A stretch of 63,086 nt of DNA, the filler included, from Octopus bimaculoides (Eukaryota), in the NCBI RefSeq assembly GCF_001194135.2. It is 8 parts of 8 records of this genome, joined end to end, with 100 filler letters (N's around TTAATTAATTAA, not from the genome) between each part and the next. Parts side by side here need not be neighbours in the genome. Positions count along the whole stretch, not along the records: positions 1 to 12,993 come from NC_069000.1; positions 13,094 to 23,323 come from NC_068989.1; 6 more parts are not named here. One strand, given 5' to 3'. Below are positions 1 through 13,886 of this stretch, one piece after another (positions within the stretch are counted from its first letter, which is position 1; every line of letters starts with the position of its first letter). The notes under the pieces are model-generated. The model did no database searches. It was not told where the DNA came from and saw only the letters and a list, made by a program, of their open reading frames with translations. The position numbers and the translations under genes were made by a program.

Positions 1-3000
1 ATATATATATTTACGACGGTAGTTTCCATCTACCAAATCCACTCACAAGGCTTTGGTCGGCCCGAGGCTATACTAGAGGGTTATTTCCCTGGATGTTTAT
101 AAAATAATATATGTAGCAGATATAAGAATGCCTTCCAGGGGCCCTATTATCGGCTTTTCCTACAATCTAAGTACGTCACTAGTTTTCCAGACATGAATTC
201 TACTCACGTGTCAAGTTTCATCAAAATCGATAAAACGATGTAGAAGGAGTTAGATAACAACGCCACAAACAAACACACCCACAGATTTCCACATATGCAG
301 TAGATAATGGACTCTTCCGTCGAAGTTCAGCTTTTGCCAAACGACCTGTACAAATGATTTGGTTATAGTGATCAAGTGTGTGCCGTACATTGGCTCACTT
401 CTTCCATGAGATCGGCATTGCCTGAACAGGTGCACAGTGTATCACATGTCAGGTGTCAAAGTGATTGCAGAGTAACGTGAGACGAAGTGTTTTGCTCAAG
501 AACACAACGCAGCATCCGGTCTAGGAATTGAAATCACTATCTCTTGATCGTGAGTGCAACACCTTAACCACTCGGCCATGCGCCCCCTCTCTGTCTGTCT
601 GTCTGTCTTTATTTCTTTATGTTCTCTTAACTTACTGGTTTTGCAAAACTAACCAATAGAATACGTAAAAATAAGTACTGAGACGATGCTCCGGCATGGT
701 CGCAGTCCAGTGACTGAAAGAAATAAGTAATAGATAAAAATATAGAAGTCCCTTTCCTTCATTAATAATTTCCATAAAAATTTAACATTGCAGGTGCTAA
801 TCCACCCAAATACCTAAAAAGAGATACATGCTAAATTGATATGTCGCTCGGTTTAACACCAACGCGTGTCGCTTCCGGTGTCTTCACCGGAATTCTATTT
901 ATTGTAGGTATTCAGGCCAGATCTCCGATTGAGCAGAACTTCCTTCAAACACGACATTCTTTTTTTTTTTTCAGAGGTCCCTGTTAAGCGGAGATTCTCA
1001 ACATGGACAGCACCGCCCTTAAGGGTGGACGCTGGGCATTAGGGGGCGGTAAGGTAACATAATTAACATACTACATTTTACCTATAGTGGTAACTATATT
1101 ATACATGATAAAACTAGATCTGGTTATTAAAACAAAATGAGATCTCACCTGGCACAGAGAAGTCTTTAACTTGCAGTGTATCATATAAAGTAAATTTACA
1201 ACGTTTTGCCTTTAATTTTAAAATCATAATACATTTTTAGTGTAAAATTTATAAATTATCATCCATGTTAAGTTAGTTTAGTCGTGGTACCTCACTCGTC
1301 ACTTAGGTAGACGTCAAGCAATAACAACTACATATCCGTTTAGTATTTAATCCGGCCATATCTGGCCCAAATATTCTTTCTGTTTTGTTTAAAGTGGCTA
1401 AATCCAGCCTCTCGCACCTACCCTACAATATCATTATAAAAATAAAGTCACATTATGAAAATCTCAAGGTTAGATGATGATGCGTGATTGATTCAAAACA
1501 ATGTGAATAAATAAGCATTATGGTTGACAGAGTAATCTGAATGTTAGAGGAGCATTAAGCATAACAACTACTTAAAAAGGGTGCGCTACAAGAGGGGGGA
1601 AAAGGGTTAAGAAGTACTGCTGTAAAAGGTCATGGGTACTGTCCCTCTTCTTGACTAAAAAAAGATAGATAAATAAATAAATTAATAAATATTAGCTCCT
1701 GTTTGATTAAAATAATCTACTGTCATCCTACCCACCCCTGCCCTGCCTATTTCTCGATTTCTCAGGACATGCGAATGGGAGCATTTGTAAAGCACCAATT
1801 GGTGAAAAGGGGGCGCCGCGTTATATAAAAGGATGATTAAAAAAATAAAGGAATAAATAAAAAAGATCGTTGGTACAACCATTCAGGTTTTATCATTCAA
1901 CCCCATTACTACCTACCGCTAACCACATCACACCACATTTCGTGTAACTAAAAATAACAGCAGCCATCTTTCCTAATAGAGATAAACAACCAATTTATAG
2001 CCGCTCGACTGCTGGTTGCTAAATTTTCATTAATAATAAAAATAAGTTTTCAATAAGTGTACCGTACCGTTCGTGTATTGTTACTGTTTTTCATATAATG
2101 TGAAGAGCTGTAAAAGTGTAATTACTTCGTTTAGGAGGCGATTAGGACAACAAAAGTGAAAAGAAAGAATAAAAAGGAAAATTCTCCAAAAGAATCATTT
2201 ATAGTATTAAAAGGTAGGATTGTTTTCATACTAGGCGAAGACATGTGTGTATGTAGGTGTGTGTGTGTGTGTGTGTGTGTGCATATATCTATATATATAT
2301 AAAAATGAGTACGTAGATGTATCAGGACCTCTGTATTTAAGTAGTGCCGTGAAACTATGTGTGTTCTTGAATGGCTTACAAACATCTACGCTGCAATTGT
2401 TTTTGTTTCAGCACACGATCTCAGATCAAGTCACTTGCTATGCAAGCATATCTCCATAATTTTAAAAAATCACTGTGGATAAATGCCAACAATGACCTTC
2501 TTAGGATCTCCAATATTTAATTTCTAAACAGAAACAATCGGATGCAGGTAGTGGGGTTGCAAAAAATTCATAATTTCTCGAATTTTCTTTTTTATAGCAT
2601 ATAAATGTATTTATGAGGGGAAAATATTGAAAGAACATCAATACATGCGAGAATGATAAAGAAACGAGGAGAATTGTCTTTGGATATTCTAGAAACAACA
2701 GCCAAATCGTCCTTAAATCACTCACTTTTCCCTCTGAAAACAATTAAAAAAAAAAATTTTTTTTACCGAAAATGATCTTCCCATGGTTTTGAAGTGTAAA
2801 AAAAAAAAAAAAACGGCCAAAATAGGTCCGGAGTGGGATGATGAGGGAGGGGCTGTGACAAAAAGGGGCTCTCCGATGATGGAAGGGATCGTTTCTATTC
2901 ATTTGCATAGAACTGGACCATCTGTGCATCTATTCCTTATCTATTCTTGAAATAGCTTTAAGAGACTATCTGCACACCGTCTAACTTCTTTCTTTATAAC

Positions 3001-3459
3001 CTATATTCTTGTAAACAACTCAACCCTCATGTTTAAATATATAAATGTCATTATCTAACTTGACACCAGTCGTTTGCTTATTTATACTTTTATCCTATTA
3101 CACACACACATAAATACACACACCTGTGTGCGCGCGCATAGTCACACATTCATACGCATATATATGTGTGTGTGTGTGTGTATATATATGAGAAAGAGAG
3201 AAAGGAAAGTGAGAGAGATTAAGAGATGCATGTATTTCTGCATTAGCGGCATATGAGATGCAGCTCTTCGATTGGTTTAAATGATGTTTCCTAGCCGGGC
3301 AAATAATAACTGCCCCAACAAGTTTATTGATAAGCAGATACATAACATTCGTCAATCGCGCTACATTACACTCCAATTTATAATAAAAACTCGACACCTC
3401 TTTAAAAAAGACCCAAAACTCTGGCTAGTGAATTAACTTTCAGACAGACAGACAGACAG

Positions 3460-3490
<31 letters not shown>

Positions 3491-4669
3491 TAAGAGAGAG
3501 AGAGAGACACACTTGCATAGCAAGTGACCTGATCTGAGATCGTGTGCTGGAACGCAAACAATTGCAGTGTGGAAGGTGTTTATAAGCCATTTAAAATAAC
3601 ACACAAAATCCGTTAGATTCACTTCAACATTTAAATTTAATTTGTCAAAATATTTTCGTCGCTTTGAGACCGCGACCTGTTCACTGACAAAATTCTGTTA
3701 CTGAATAGAGTTATTGTTAGGATCCACCCGTTCGTCATTGTTTTTTTTTTTGTGTATCAAAGCTACGGCGACCTTTTCACACCTCCGCAAAACGCACACA
3801 GCCCATACGCAGATGACATTACAGGAACGTCTTTTGTACATAGCTATTCAACGACTTCCAATCCTAGAAAGCTAACAGACTGAAAGAAGCACCTTCTAAA
3901 TACATATTTGCTTTTAACAAATCATCATTACAAACTTTCGGCTTTTAAAAAAAAAAAAATGACCATCGGAACAATGCGTCTAGTCTGATCCTCAACCCAT
4001 ACACCCAATTGTCGTCCCATTACATTCGATCTGTGACAAAACAGAGTTCGGGCAGTTAACGAAGTAACTCTGTTGTCATCCATTGGTTCTCACTGCAGAC
4101 GTTGCAAGTCCTAATGTTTTGACAATGTGGCTGATTATTTTTCGCTCGCATGAAAGCTTTTTAAAACATCAAGTTTTATATCCAGAGTAATCTTTTTACA
4201 TTTCATTTTCGCACCACTGCATTCAGTTCTAGCTGATGGCTTCTTTCCAGACATCTTGAATTGTAGGTAAATCCATCAGAGGTAGCGTTCAACAAATATC
4301 CACAACATATGTGTGGCAATAAATAAATAAATAACACCAGTGAAGAACTATTTTGTGAGAGTATAAAAATTGTTGTCTTACAGACGTAAGAACGGAAGTA
4401 AGAAGATGAAAAAAAAACAAAGAAACAAAACAAAAAGAAAGGAGTGAAATGGGTGGACGTACTGTATGAATATAGTTAGTTGAAGGGTTAATCAGTTCGT
4501 GGGCACTTTACCCTCGCACCTCTGACTTGATCTATAAGGACTAAACAATCTATTTTATCTCACTATCTTTATCTCCCCCCCCCCTCTCTCATACATACAT
4601 ACATACATACACACACACACCGTTGTGTTGACATAGAACATATGTGGCTACAAATACTGTTTTTATACC

Positions 4670-5165
4670 TTTGATTTGGGGCGTTCAAATAAGAAGGCAT
4701 GGATGACAAAAAGATGTTTTTGAGGTGTGGTACAGTCCAGAATAATGTATCCAACAAAACATTGCTCCTTTAATACAATGCATCAGCCAAGCTAGTGAAG
4801 CTAAATGAGTGTACTGATAATGTGAGAATAGGATATATCGTCAAAAATACAATTTCTTTGTTCCAGCCAATGGACCAAGGTGTGATAGCTAACTTTAAGG
4901 TATACTATCTGTGAAGAACTTTCAAACAACTTATAAAAGAATTGAAGGGAGGTTGGACCTACAGACAGAGACTTTTGCAAGAAGTTCAACATAACGGATG
5001 CTGTGCATAACTTAGCTGAATCGTGGGATGAAGTGAAATTTTCGGCTTTGAATGGTACTTGGAAAAATATACGGTCAGACTCTATTCGTGACTTTACAAG
5101 TTTTTCACAAGTAGAAAGTTTACATCAAATTCGGAAAGATATTGTGACACTAGTGTGGAAAAAAT
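4670..5165 (+). mobile_element. Tigger/pogo (DDE_1) transposase remnant
   Basis: Broken frame encodes SNKKAWMT, FQPMDQGVIANFKVYYL and DAVHNLAESWDEVKFSALNGTWKNI. Confidence 0.85.
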
Positions 5166-5689
5166 CATGCTTGTATATTTGCATTGATATGATTAATATG
5201 TAATACGCATTATACAATACAATTGTATATTAACAAATCAAAACAAATAAAGAAAGAAAGCTCATCAGATGACCAGAACATGGTAGTTACCAGCGAGTCA
5301 ACTCCCTTGGTTATATGATGAGCTTGCTTTCTTTATTTCCATTGATTTATGAATATACAATTGAATTGTGTAATGCGTAGCATGCCTATTAATGCAGTCA
5401 TCTCTCATACCTCGCGACTAATTATGGTTTATATATTCATCATTAAGTAATTTCAGCGACTGGATCTTCTGGTTTTCAGCTGCATGGAGACTCTGCATTA
5501 CACTTCTCTGTATTGGATTACTAAGTAGTCTGATAGCCGAGTCCGTTAGAAGAGTTTTCTTGGATCTTTTCTATTTCGCTGCCACTTTTCAACCTCTTCA
5601 GTCTTTGTTCGAATTGATTTCATATTTGATGTGTTATAGCTTTGTATAATAATTATTGAAGGTCGCAGAAGAAAATGTAGTTTAGTTGC

Positions 5690-6295
5690 TAGCGTTCCAT
5701 AGAGAAAATATATCTAACAAGGAGTTGATACTGTTGGGGCCAGACGAAGATGAGAATACGGAAATTCCATCAACTCCTCTAAAATCGACTACAAAGAATT
5801 TTACAATTAACATTGCAAAAGGATTGGCACTTATAGAGGCAGTCTGCAAGAGATTTTGCTGATTGCAGGAGGAGTTTTACGATGATCTTAGTGCCGATAC
5901 TGAGCTGCACAAAGAGATGATGTGCTAAAAACACCAAACAAATTTTGGACGAGTTCTTCGTCCCCCAAGCAGAAGTTAATCATGATCTATAAAAAAGAAG
6001 ACATTGTCCTTCACCTTCCCAGTAAGTCCCATTGTATCACTCCCACTACTACTCCTCATACAGTTATCAACATCCTTTGTGGTAAGAAAGTAGTCTGTCG
6101 TGGTGTTACGATTCTTATTTATTCTCAAACGTATTTCTCTTCAAATATTTTTACGTAAACGTATTGTGTATGCTTAGAAATTGTTAGTTTTATGTACAAA
6201 AGTGATCGTGTTACTCGTTTTTGTTGCTTTTCTCTCTCTCTAAAAATTCTCTGGAACGCATTACTACTTTATAATATGCAAATTAATGGGAAAAT
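5690..6295 (+). mobile_element. Tigger/pogo 3' remnant
   Basis: Aligns by eye with 15160-15700. Follows the DDE piece at 4670-5165 after a ~500-bp interruption. Confidence 0.7.
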
Positions 6296-6339
6296 TAACT
6301 ATGTAGGTTAGTAGACGGAAGTTGTGTAGAAGCCTGTCG

Positions 6340-6770
6340 TATATATATATTCTTTTATTCTTTTACTTGTTCCAGTCATTTGACTGCGGCCACACTGGAG
6401 CATGCGTGTGTATGTGTGTGCATTTTTGTATCTGTGTTTGTATCACAGCCACCACATGACAAGCGGTGTTGGTTTGTTCACGTCCCGGTAAGTTAGCGGT
6501 TCGAGCAAGACAGGCCGAGAGATTAAGTATCTCTTACCTTAAAAATAAGGGTCAATGTCTTCAACTAAAACCCTTCAAGATGGTACCTCCGCTTGACAAC
6601 TGGTGTTGGTTTGTTTACCACCCAGTAATTTACCATTTGGACAAAAAAGAAAATGAACAAAAAAGCAAGTACAGGGGTCGATTTGTTCGACTAAACTCTT
6701 CGAGGCGGTGCTTCAGCATGGCTGCAATCAAATGATTGAAACAAGTAAAAAAAAAAAAAAAATAAATAAA
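6340..6770. repeat. Dispersed repeat family D (CATTTGACTGCGGCCATGCTGGAGCA / ACACCGGTTGTCAAG)
   Basis: Recurs at about 690-740, 23765-23960, 26220-26400, 41410-41610, 44300-44480 and 52360-52545. Probably SINE-related; class not established. Confidence 0.65.
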
Positions 6771-6784
6771 TAAAAGATATCTTT

Positions 6785-7088
6785 CTTCTTTACGCCCTTT
6801 CAAAGCCTAGCCAGACTCATGGGCCCGGTTTCCCGGTTTCTATGGCGTATGTGCCCCCCCCCCAGCTGGACGGGACGCCAGTCCATCGCAGCGTTACTCA
6901 AGAAACAGGAAGAAAGAGTGAGAGAAAGTTGGGGCGAAAGAGTACAACAGGGGTCGCCACCACCCCCTGCCGGAGCCTCGTGGAACTTTAGGTGCTTTCG
7001 CTCAATAAACACACACAACGCCCGGTCTGGGAATCGAAACCGCGATCCTCCGACCGCGAGTCCGCTGCCCTAACCACTGGGCCATTGT
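6785..7088 (-). mobile_element. tRNA-derived SINE, family A head with a different 3' part
   Basis: Head and first ~170 bp match 26821, then diverge into GCGATGGACTGGCGTCCCGTCCAG. Confidence 0.85.
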
Positions 7089-7709
7089 GACTCCACATAA
7101 GATATAATACCATCGACAAACAAGTGATAAATTGGTTTCCAATTTTGGCACAAGGACAACAATTTCGGGGTCAGGGGTTAGTATATTATATCGAACTAAG
7201 TGCTCAACTAGTACTTGTTTTATCGACCCCCAAAAGATGAAAGTCGAAGTTGAAATATCGAAAACAAAATGAAGTAAAATATAACAATAGAATAGATATC
7301 TGATTTGTGTTACTTTTTTTGTTTTCAACCTACGTTTGCCAAGCACCCTATCGTATTTATCATCTGTTTAACGCTACGAAATGTGTATTTGTGTATGTGT
7401 GTGTGAGTGGGTAAATGTCGGTTGTATACAGCTGTGCAACTGGAAGGAAAAGTTAATGACCTTTATTTAATATCTCCAGGATAACGATTCATTTTTTTGT
7501 TTTCTAGTTTAAACCACAGTATAGTCGATAATTATCTGAAAGAATCTTGGCAAATATTTAGATTTGATGATAATTAATTAATAATAGGTAATTCTAGTAG
7601 TATACATTGTTATTAAAACCCGGCTCTCCTACAAAATATATGTCTAAGTCGTACTGTAATGTGTGAGGTGTAACAATATACTAGAACAAACGCTCAATGG
7701 TCCCAGAAT

Positions 7710-8166
7710 ACCGTATATGCCGCCCTATAAGATGCACTTTTTTATTCTTAAACGTAACAAAATGCTGGCTTAAAATTTTGGTACAAGGTCAGCATTGAAG
7801 GGGGAGGGGTTCTGTCGATTATAGCGACTCCGGTGTTCAACTGGTACTTATTTCGTCGACACCGAAAGGATGAAAAGTAAAGTCGACCTCGACGGAATTT
7901 GAACTCAAAATGTAAAGACAGACGAAATGCCGCTCAGCACTTTGCTCGGTGTGCTAACGACTCAGCCAGCTCACCGTCTTAAATGTAACACTCCGGACGG
8001 TACACACTCTAGTTACGCTAGTGGTCACACATTTCCCCTAAAGAAACCCACTTTAAAATATCTATAAGAGTATGATGAAACATTAAATCCCCCACTCCCT
8101 ACAAAATATACTTTTAATAGGTGCATCTTATATGAGAATGCATCTTATACGCCAGCAAACGCAGTA
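7710..8166. mobile_element. pogo/Tigger-type MITE with a nested SINE
   Basis: TACCGTATATGCCGCCCTATAAGATGCAC versus GTGCATCTTAT...GCATCTTATACGCC at the right end; SINE at 7765-7983 lies inside. Confidence 0.55.
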
Positions 8167-9171
8167 ATTTCCACGAAGAGAGTATGAAATTTAATGATCA
8201 GCTGTGTTGTATGCGTGAAGACTGGAAGACTGTTTTAATTTGGTTTCCTGAAATTGCACAAAATAACCGCATTCTACTATGTTAATCCAAACAAAGCAAC
8301 TATTGACTGCTAGGATGGTGTTTTTATATACAATGAAACTTTGACAATTATTTGAAGTAGACAATAAAGTGGCAATAGACTAGATTATTAATTAAATCAT
8401 TTAAAAAATTGCGTGACACCGTTTCGAAGTTAGTACTGGCATACTTAATGCTTGAAACATTAGAAAGCAAACAAGAAATAAATATGAGGGGAGGGAACAG
8501 TAACAAACAAAAAAACTATACAATAAAAACAATTTTAGTTCAGGATATAAACGATAACAATTGCTGTACATTTAAAAATAATTATTCTTCTATTATTGCG
8601 TTAAGGACGTTGAAGACTATGCTTCGCTGGCGAGGTTAGAAATAAGAACCGAAACACGTTCAGATTTGTCCCCCTTTACTGCTGGAAAAGGAAAATAAGA
8701 TTCAACAATGATCCTTGATCTATCTATTNNNNNNNNNNNNNNNNNNNNNNNNNNNNNNNNNNNNNNNNNNNATATATATATATATATACACACATAGGCC
8801 TTCGACTTTTTCTAGTCAAAAGAGTTTTTTAACCCAATATTTGCGCATACTATAATTTATAGCTTTGTGTGTGTGCTTTGAGATATACCAATTTCAAGAA
8901 AAGTATATATATGTTGTTGACACTCCGTCGCTCACGACGTCGAGGGTTCCAGTTGATCCGATCAACGGAACAGCCTGCTCGTGAAATTAACGTGCAAGTG
9001 GCTGAGCACTCCACAGACAAGTTTTGGCGTTCTTTGTACGTAAATTCTAAAATTTATTCAAAAGGGGTTTTATACATATTAGTATAGCATTAACTATAAA
9101 GTAATATATAGATAAGAATACAGAAAAATTGCATGTACTTACCCTTTATTCAATTATAGGAAGCAAAGTTA

Positions 9172-10905
9172 TCAATGAGAAACATACGTTTGATGTTTTT
9201 TGGAAACGTTTTCAATATTGGGACGTATTTGAGAAAGACAAACCCTCATTTCTTCTTCGATGCAACGGAGCCTCTCCCTTTTTTGGGGAGGGGGGGATTT
9301 GATGTTATTGAGGGTTGAAAATCTCAGTTCACATAAATACGATGTAGAAAACTGCATCAAAACGGATAAAGCCATTTTTGCTAATGAGGGGGTATTCTCC
9401 TGTAATAGCAATCCAAAATGTATCAATAGGTAACTCAGCATATTTGATTCTAAGTCCGCGATCACTGGATATAGATGCCAATTCTTCTTCTTTTCATATT
9501 TTCAGACCAATATGAGATAGAATTGTTGTTGAAGGGATTTCGAATCCAATCATACTCTTCTGTGTTCAATGACTGGAAATAAAAGTTTACTTTTTCTTCC
9601 AGATTTGTCAAATGTTCAAATACAATAGGAGTCATTTCTTTTATGCAGCTTTTACGTATTAAAGGAAACATTTCGAAGTTACCATCTTCAGCTCTATTTT
9701 TTTCCAAATTACAACTTTCATTTTAAATGAAACCAGCTTATCTGTCGAAGTGAGAATGTTTTCACCTCCGCCTTGCATGCTTGCGTTGACTCTATTAAGC
9801 TGTGCAAATATCTCTGTTAAATATTCCAGCTCGGAAACCTACAATTCACATTGCAGATATTCCAAGAAGCGTTTATGTTTTTCTTTTTGAAAAAATGTTT
9901 GCAATTCCTTCTGGAGTTCATGTATGCGACGTAGCGCCTTACCTTTTGAGAGTCATCTGACTTTTGTGTGTAAAAGTAAGCGCTTGTGCTGGGAATCCAT
10001 ATCAACACAAATTTGTTCAAATAAGCGACACTTCAACGGCCTACTTTTAATATAATTAATCATTTCAACAATTTGGTTTAATACTTGCTTTAACTCAACT
10101 GGTATTGTTTTTGAAACTAGTACCTCCTTATGTAGGAAGCAATGAGTACGTATGACATTAGGATTTTGCTGTTGTACGAGAGATACAAAACCTTTAACAG
10201 AGCCTATAATAGATAGTGCCCCGTAGATACATATTCCAACACATGAATTCCAGGATAAATCCATTTTTCGAGGTAGGCAGATAAAATATCAAAAATATTT
10301 TCACTGCTTGTTGTGAGTGGCATTTCGTCGTAACAAAAGAACTTATTTCTGATTTGGTTACCATCAATAAAGTGAATAAATCTAAGTAATTGTACTTTGT
10401 TGCTAATTTCAGTGGATTCGTCAACCTGTAGAGCAAATTCTGAGCTCTGAAGCTTGTTGCACACATTTTCCTCTATATCAGCAGATAAATCCATAACCCT
10501 CCTTTGGATTGTATTATTTGAGAGCGGAATCTATGCTTATTTCTTGCTCGGCTTCATTACCTAACATGGTTTTAACCATCCTTCTACAAGCGGGTAAGAT
10601 AATCGACTTGGCTAAAGCATGCAATTTCATTTGTTGTGCAATCGTTTTGGCTATCTCAATAAACGCGACTTGAGCCTTTTCAGAGGCATTAATCCTTTTG
10701 TCGAAATAATTTCTTTGTTTAGATTGCTGTTCAGATCTTTACATTGAAGATGTGAGTGTTTAGTTGTAAAATGTATTTTCAACTTGCTGGACAACATGCC
10801 TTCATTAGATATCTTTTCACCACAAACAACACACACCGGACGAGGTTGATCCTCGTTGTCAATCCAATGAAACCCAAACTTTAAATAGCTATTGCAATAT
10901 TTACG
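9172..10905 (-). mobile_element. Decayed hAT (Buster/Charlie, ZBED5/ZBED8/FAM200-like) transposase
   Basis: Collinear frameshifted fragments: YLKFGF...PVCVVCGEKISNE (BED-like), FALQVDESTE, THCFLHKE (CxxH), HTKVR, FSTSYLCELRFS...MRVCLSQIRPNI. Confidence 0.9.
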
Positions 10906-12200
10906 CTTAGTGAGTTGGCAGAAACGTTAGCACGTCAGGCGAAATGCTCAGCGGTATTTTTTCTGTCTTTACGTTCTGAGTTCAAATTCCGCCGAGGTCG
11001 ACTTTGTCTTTCATCTTTTCGGAGTTGACAAATTAAGTAACTAGTTGCGTACTGAGGTGATCTAATCGACTTGCCTATCCCCAAAACATTCGGGCCTTGT
11101 GTCTAGAGTAAAAAAGAATATTTACACTTCGTTGCTTTTGACGAACGCTCCCTTTCAGATTCGTAATCGTCACGGTTGTGTTTCCTCTTAATAAACTTTT
11201 CCATTTTATGGGTAATTTAATCTGTTAATATGAATTGCATTGCACAAAGAGCACACTTTNNNNNNNNNNNNNNNNNNNNNNNNNNNNNNNNNNNNNNNNN
11301 NNNNNNNNNNNNNNNNNNNNNNNNNNNNNNNNNNNNNNNNNNNNNNNNNNNNNNNNNNNNNNNNNNNNNNNNNNNNNNNNNNNNNNNNNNNNNNNNNNNN
11401 NNNNNNNNNNNNNNNNNNNNNNNNNNNNNNNNNNNNNNNNNNNNNNNNNNNNNNNNNNNNNNNNNNNNNNNNNNNNNNNNNNNNNNNNNNNNNNNNNNNN
11501 NNNNNNNNNNNNNNNNNNNNNNNNNNNNNNNNNNNNNNNNNNNNNNNNNNNNNNNNNNNNNNNNNNNNNNNNNNNNNNNNNNNNNNNNNNNNNNNNNNNN
11601 NNNNNNNNNNNNNNNNNNNNNNNNNNNNNNNNNNNNNNNNNNNNNNNNNNNNNNNNNNNNNNNNNNNNNNNNNNNNNNNNNNNNNNNNNNNNNNNNNNNN
11701 NNNNNNNNNNNNNNNNNNNNNNNNNNNNNNNNNNNNNNNNNNNNNNNNNNNNNNNNNNNNNNNNNNNNNNNNNNNNNNNNNNNNNNNNNNNNNNNNNNNN
11801 NNNNNNNNNNNNNNNNNNNNNNNNNNNNNNNNNNNNNNNNNNNNNNNNNNNNNNNNNNNNNNNNNNNNNNNNNNNNNNNNNNNNNNNNNNNNNNNNNNNN
11901 NNNNNNNNNNNNNNNNNNNNNNNNNNNNNNNNNNNNNNNNNNNNNNNNNNNNNNNNNNNNNNNNNNNNNNNNNNNNNNNNNNNNNNNNNNNNNNNNNNNN
12001 NNNNNNNNNNNNNNNNNNNNNNNNNNNNNNNNNNNNNNNNNNNNNNNNNNNNNNNNNNNNNNNNATATATATATATATGTATGTATGTATGTGTATATAT
12101 ATTTATGTATGTATATATATATATATATATATATTATGTTAGAGGATGGTCTTTTTTGCCAATTAAACACACGCAGTATATATTCGTTATTCACTTCAGC

Positions 12201-12237
<37 letters not shown>

Positions 12238-12495
12238 CATCATCATCATTTTAGTGTCCTTTGTCTGGAGTCTTTCGTCATACCTCCTGTAACCACTTCA
12301 ACGGCTCTCCATCCTAGATGTCTCCACTTGTTCTCTCAGGAGGTGACACTTAGGATGGAGCGTCATAGAAGAGGTCACTGGACGTGTGACGAAATATCTC
12401 GGACAAAGAACGCTAAAATAAGAACAGTAATAAAGTTGAAGTATATAACGGGTATAGACTGCGTGTGGTTAATTAACAAAAGAAAAAAAAGAGAC

Positions 12496-12853
12496 TGTAG
12501 TAACGCCGTGCGCATGCGTAGTCTCATGCATGCGTGGAATTCAACAACCAAGCTTTCCCGCTTTGATCGCTCTCTTTCTTGCTGGCCAGCGATTGAGCAA
12601 GGACGTGTCTAGCTGTCTCTCCATCTTTCGAACTCACGCTAGACAGCTCACATCAATATACCAACGTCCCAACAATCATGTTCTGACACACGGAAGACGT
12701 CTCAACAAACAAGATTAAAGATGTATATTTTCCACCATGAATAAATATTGTTTGTGTTGATAGTCTGGAGTTCAGCGTTCCGTTCAAATTTCTAATTTAA
12801 TATAGGAAAGTCAGGTGTACATCTAATGATGTATAACCCACTTTCCTATAAGA
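12496..12853 (+). mobile_element. LTR (copy 1), preceded by a purine tract, possibly a 3' LTR
   Basis: Starts TGTAGTAACGCC, has an internal AATAAA, ends CTTTCCTATAAGA. AAAAGAAAAAAAAGAG lies just upstream. Homologous to copies 2 and 3. Confidence 0.7.
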
Positions 12854-13369
12854 CCATCCCCAAATATTGTACAATATCTGTTTCAACATACTATTTTCAC
12901 AGGAATCTTGCAAAAAAAGGAAAGAGAAAGAGATAGAGTAGCGTCGGAGGATAAGTTTACGAAAACTACTTCATATATATATATACCTGTACGNNNNNNN
13001 NNNNNNNNNNNNNNNNNNNNNNNNNNNNNNNNNNNNNTTAATTAATTAANNNNNNNNNNNNNNNNNNNNNNNNNNNNNNNNNNNNNNNNNNNNGAAATGG
13101 TGACGAATGGAAAAACAGAGGACTCCTTTTATTTAAACGTGTCACACGGTCGAACACCAAAATATATATCAAAGATGATATACAAGTAATTACGTTATAC
13201 TACGAACATTAGTGAATTTGTAAATACCAGTAATGAGACGATAGAAAAAACAACCGTATGAAATGAATAACAAGAGTTATTGTGTGGCATAAAAGATGTA
13301 TGTGTATGTGAGAGTGTGAATGCGACACATATAAAAACATAATAAAAAACAGGCCGTATTTGTTCTGTA

Positions 13370-13505
13370 GTCGGGTTCACCAGTTATAAGTTGGTAGTCC
13401 AGAATTCATGCTGTGTTTTTTCTTCGTCCGGGGTCACCACTTTAGTAGAATGTGGGTTATTGCAGCTCAGCGGGCTGCGTGTTCAAATCACGTCCGGGGT
13501 CACCA
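13370..13505 (-). other. Three tandem tRNA-Trp primer-binding sites
   Basis: Plus-strand tRNA-like 3' ends at 13473-13505 (GGCTGCGTGTTCAAATCACGTCCGGGGTCACCA), 13425-13439 and 13370-13382. Confidence 0.75.
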
Positions 13506-13886
13506 GTATAGTAAAGTTGGTTATACATCTTTAGATGAATACCTGACTTTCCTACTATAAAATTAAAGAAAATAACGCAACGCTGAACTCCAGACTATCA
13601 ACTTAAACAACACTTTATTCAAATGGTAAATATATAAACATCTTTACTTCTTGTTGTTACAGCTTCTGTTGTTGGGACGTTGTTATGTAGGTGTGAGCGA
13701 GCTGTCGAGCGTAAGTCCGAAAGATATAGAGAGACAGCTTAACACGTAAAGAGGCTGTCTCCAGAGTTCGAATGTTAGAGACACTCTTGACACGTCCATT
13801 GCTCTATGCTGGCCAGCAAGAAAGAGAATGAATTGAGCGGGAACGCTTGGTTGTTTAATTCTACGCATGCGCACGGCGTTACTACA
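13506..13886 (-). mobile_element. LTR (copy 2), 5' LTR followed by tRNA-Trp PBS
   Basis: Starts TGTAGTAACGCC and is immediately followed by TGGTGACCCCGG, complementary to the 3' end of tRNA-Trp, a primer used by Gypsy-type elements. Confidence 0.8.

Noticed and set aside
975-1048. Exon-like segment with AACATGG (MDSTALKGGRWALGG)
   Set aside because: Splice sites are plausible, but the sequence resembles the family-D GCACCGCCTT motif and no partner exon was found; unsupported.
3645-3700. GTCGC...GCGAC-GAAA stem on the minus strand as a hammerhead
   Set aside because: The CUGANGA core is absent (CAGTGAACAG). It is part of a dispersed repeat also present inverted at 2355-2446.
9172-10905. Domesticated ZBED8/FAM200-like host gene
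   Set aside because: Multiple frameshifts and stops plus a SINE at the 5' end indicate a fossil transposon.
11217-12612. Long ORFs spanning N runs (also at 34-37, 46, 52-54 and 58-61 kb)
   Set aside because: Open only because N codons are not stops.
13038-13049. TTAATTAATTAA islands inside N runs (also 23368, 41250, 47888, 54411, 56950, 61694)
   Set aside because: Identical six-frame-stop 12-mer centred in gaps; a scaffolding linker, not biology.
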